Assembly (NCBI GenBank): GCA_951406725.2
Contig: OX597821.1
Coordinates: forward strand, 60,202,001 to 60,266,000
Direction: 5' to 3'
Length of the DNA stretch: 64,000 nt
Source: Octopus vulgaris
Taxonomy: Eukaryota
Position 1 is the first letter of the stretch, and each line of letters begins with the position of its first letter. Shown here piece by piece: positions 61,974 to 64,000 of the stretch. A program made the position numbers and the translations under genes. The notes under the pieces were generated by a model. That model saw only the letters and a list, made by a program, of their open reading frames with translations. It was not told where the DNA came from and did no database searches.

Positions 61974-62879
61974 CAGAGATGTGTGCGTATGTACACATAC
62001 ATGCATATGCACATATACACGTGTGTAAAAGATTGAATGTGGATTCGTCCTTTAGTTGGAGTGGTTTCCAAAAAGATTTCTAACATTGATTCTTGATACT
62101 TTGCTGAGAGTTTACTGGTGTAAATTGGCAAATTTATGAAAAGTAGTATTAGTATATTAAGTGTATGATTAATTTATGGAATGAAGTTCAACAAATCCTA
62201 TCATATTTGTCAAAAATGGAGGAGATAAGATGTTAAAAATTGTAAGAAGTTTATTCCTGCATACAATTGTTTCAAACATAGACATAAATTCATTTTAGAA
62301 TTTGCAAATATCATAGTGCTCATCAGTGCAGAGAAAAAAATAATAGAAACTTTAAAAAACAGCAGAGAAGTTGGATCTATGAGTTTCATGTTTATTTGTT
62401 CCTATCTATGTGTGATAGGTAAGTCTAGAGATATATCAACAGATATGCAGATACAGAAATATATTAGTATATGTACAAACAGATATATGGAGCTGAACTG
62501 AAATGAAATGAAAATAATCTCAATTGGTAAATAATTTTGATCTCACACACACACACATATACAAATAAATGTTATCATTTTAATTCATCCTTTATTTCCT
62601 TAAACTTTGAAGCACATAATATCTGTCAAACATATTAAAAGAAGGAAAATAAGCAATACCTTTTAAGTTCATTTTGATTATATTTAATAGTAGTTTTGAT
62701 TAAATGGCAGGATTTCAAAAGAACTTTTTGAAATTCCTTGCTTGAGTAGACCCAATAAGACATAGGACGCAGTGGTAAGAAAGGTCTTCAAATGTTGGGC
62801 CTCAAAAAGCTGACAAGGGACCAAGATTTCTGGTAGTTTGCTGTGCTTGAAAAGACACATCAATCTAAGAGAAATTGTG

Positions 62880-63235
62880 GCCATCCGTACATACAAGCAT
62901 GTCCTTTATGACCATGCCTCCCACTCCTTCTCAGCCAAGAAACCCTTGTCTTGTGGGTTTGCAGGCATTACATAAAAGAACTTGTGCTGGTGTCATGTAA
63001 ATGCACCTGTACCAGTGCCATGCAAGAACACCTATGTTGGTGTTATGTAAAAGCATCTGTGAGTACCATTTAAAAGCACCCAGTACACTTTGTAAAATAG
63101 TTGGCATTAGGAAGGGCATCCAACTGTAGAAATCATAGAAACAGACAAAGTGTGGGCAGCTCCCTGTCAAACCATACAACCCATGTCAGCATGGAAAACG
63201 GACGTTAAATGATAATGATAATGATGATGATGATA
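62880..63235 (+). mobile_element. RTE-LINE 3'-end fragment
   Basis: ggcattaggaagggcatccaactgtagaaa...ggacgttaaatgataatgat. Confidence 0.85.
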
Positions 63236-63543
63236 AATGTTTTCAAATATGCTGACTCACACTCTGGAATTTCCACAGGTCCTGCAAGTTATTATTATTG
63301 TGTAGAACAGAATCATTATAACTCTATTTTAGTTACGTCCTTCCGTGTTCTAAATTCAAATCCCAACAAAGTTGATTTTGTTTTTTATTTATTATATACT
63401 AGTTTAATCAGCCATGCTTCCTATAAATTGTTTTAATTGACATCACCCACTCCAAAATATATTGTCTTGTAACTATGCTAGAAATCATCATCATCATTGT
63501 TGCTGTTGTTATTGTCGTTGTTGTTATTATTATTATTATTATT

Positions 63544-63820
63544 AAGTGAGAGAGTAGTGCATGCCATCAAAGTGACACTAGGGGAAAATATATGAAGCCC
63601 AGTATACCCATCATGACTACCTGTCTGATAAGGGTACACCAGGTACATGTATCACAACCATATGTGTGCGACATGGTGATCTCATATCAAGATTAACAGC
63701 GCATGACCTTGCAGGTGGGGCCCAGTTAGAATTTTCTTCAGGTCAAGTAGCCCATCCCGCTCAAATGGTCCCTGAATAAGCGTTGTTTAGGGCTGTTGAA
63801 GGAAATACCCATGTTTCCAT
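63544..63820. repeat. Unassigned GC-richer interspersed repeat embedded in (ATT/GTT)n
   Basis: Sharp compositional boundaries at the microsatellites; family not recognised. Confidence 0.4.
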
Positions 63821-64000
63821 GTTGTTGTTGTTGTTATTATTATTATTATTATTTCCATGTTGTTATTATTATTGTTGTTGTCAGCAATAACAACAACATT
63901 AGTACGCATTTCAGTTCCTGATCTCAACCACTCCTTAGATTTGAAAAGTCACATACACCAAATCTATTTTAAATTATAAACATGAAACTAAAAAATCCAA

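Overview
AT-rich, microsatellite-dense eukaryotic genomic DNA. The repeat content (three tRNA-headed SINE families, RTE and R4/Dong LINEs, mariner, Penelope-like relics, long (TA)n/(CATA)n tracts) strongly suggests a coleoid cephalopod, probably Octopus (inference, not a database result). The only convincing host gene is a single-exon PNRC-family CDS (919-1863, +). It has a leader stacked with short upstream ORFs and sits in an ~8 kb transposon-free island that probably includes a long 3' UTR. The other ~56 kb is intergenic or intronic transposon debris: a decayed Gypsy element with both LTRs, a young 5'-truncated RTE LINE whose RT carries an embedded PHD-like zinc finger, R4/Dong fragments sitting in (TAA)n tracts, two mariner relics, several fold-back elements and dozens of SINE/LINE-tail copies. 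The most notable unexplained structure is about seven dispersed minimal hammerhead-ribozyme-like motifs (one with an intact core at 43600-43690) tied to Penelope-like relics and fold-backs. The PNRC uORF architecture and a two-copy hairpin motif near 7.0-7.7 kb also stand out. Most ORFs in the supplied track are microsatellite artefacts. Repeat coordinates were read by eye and are approximate.
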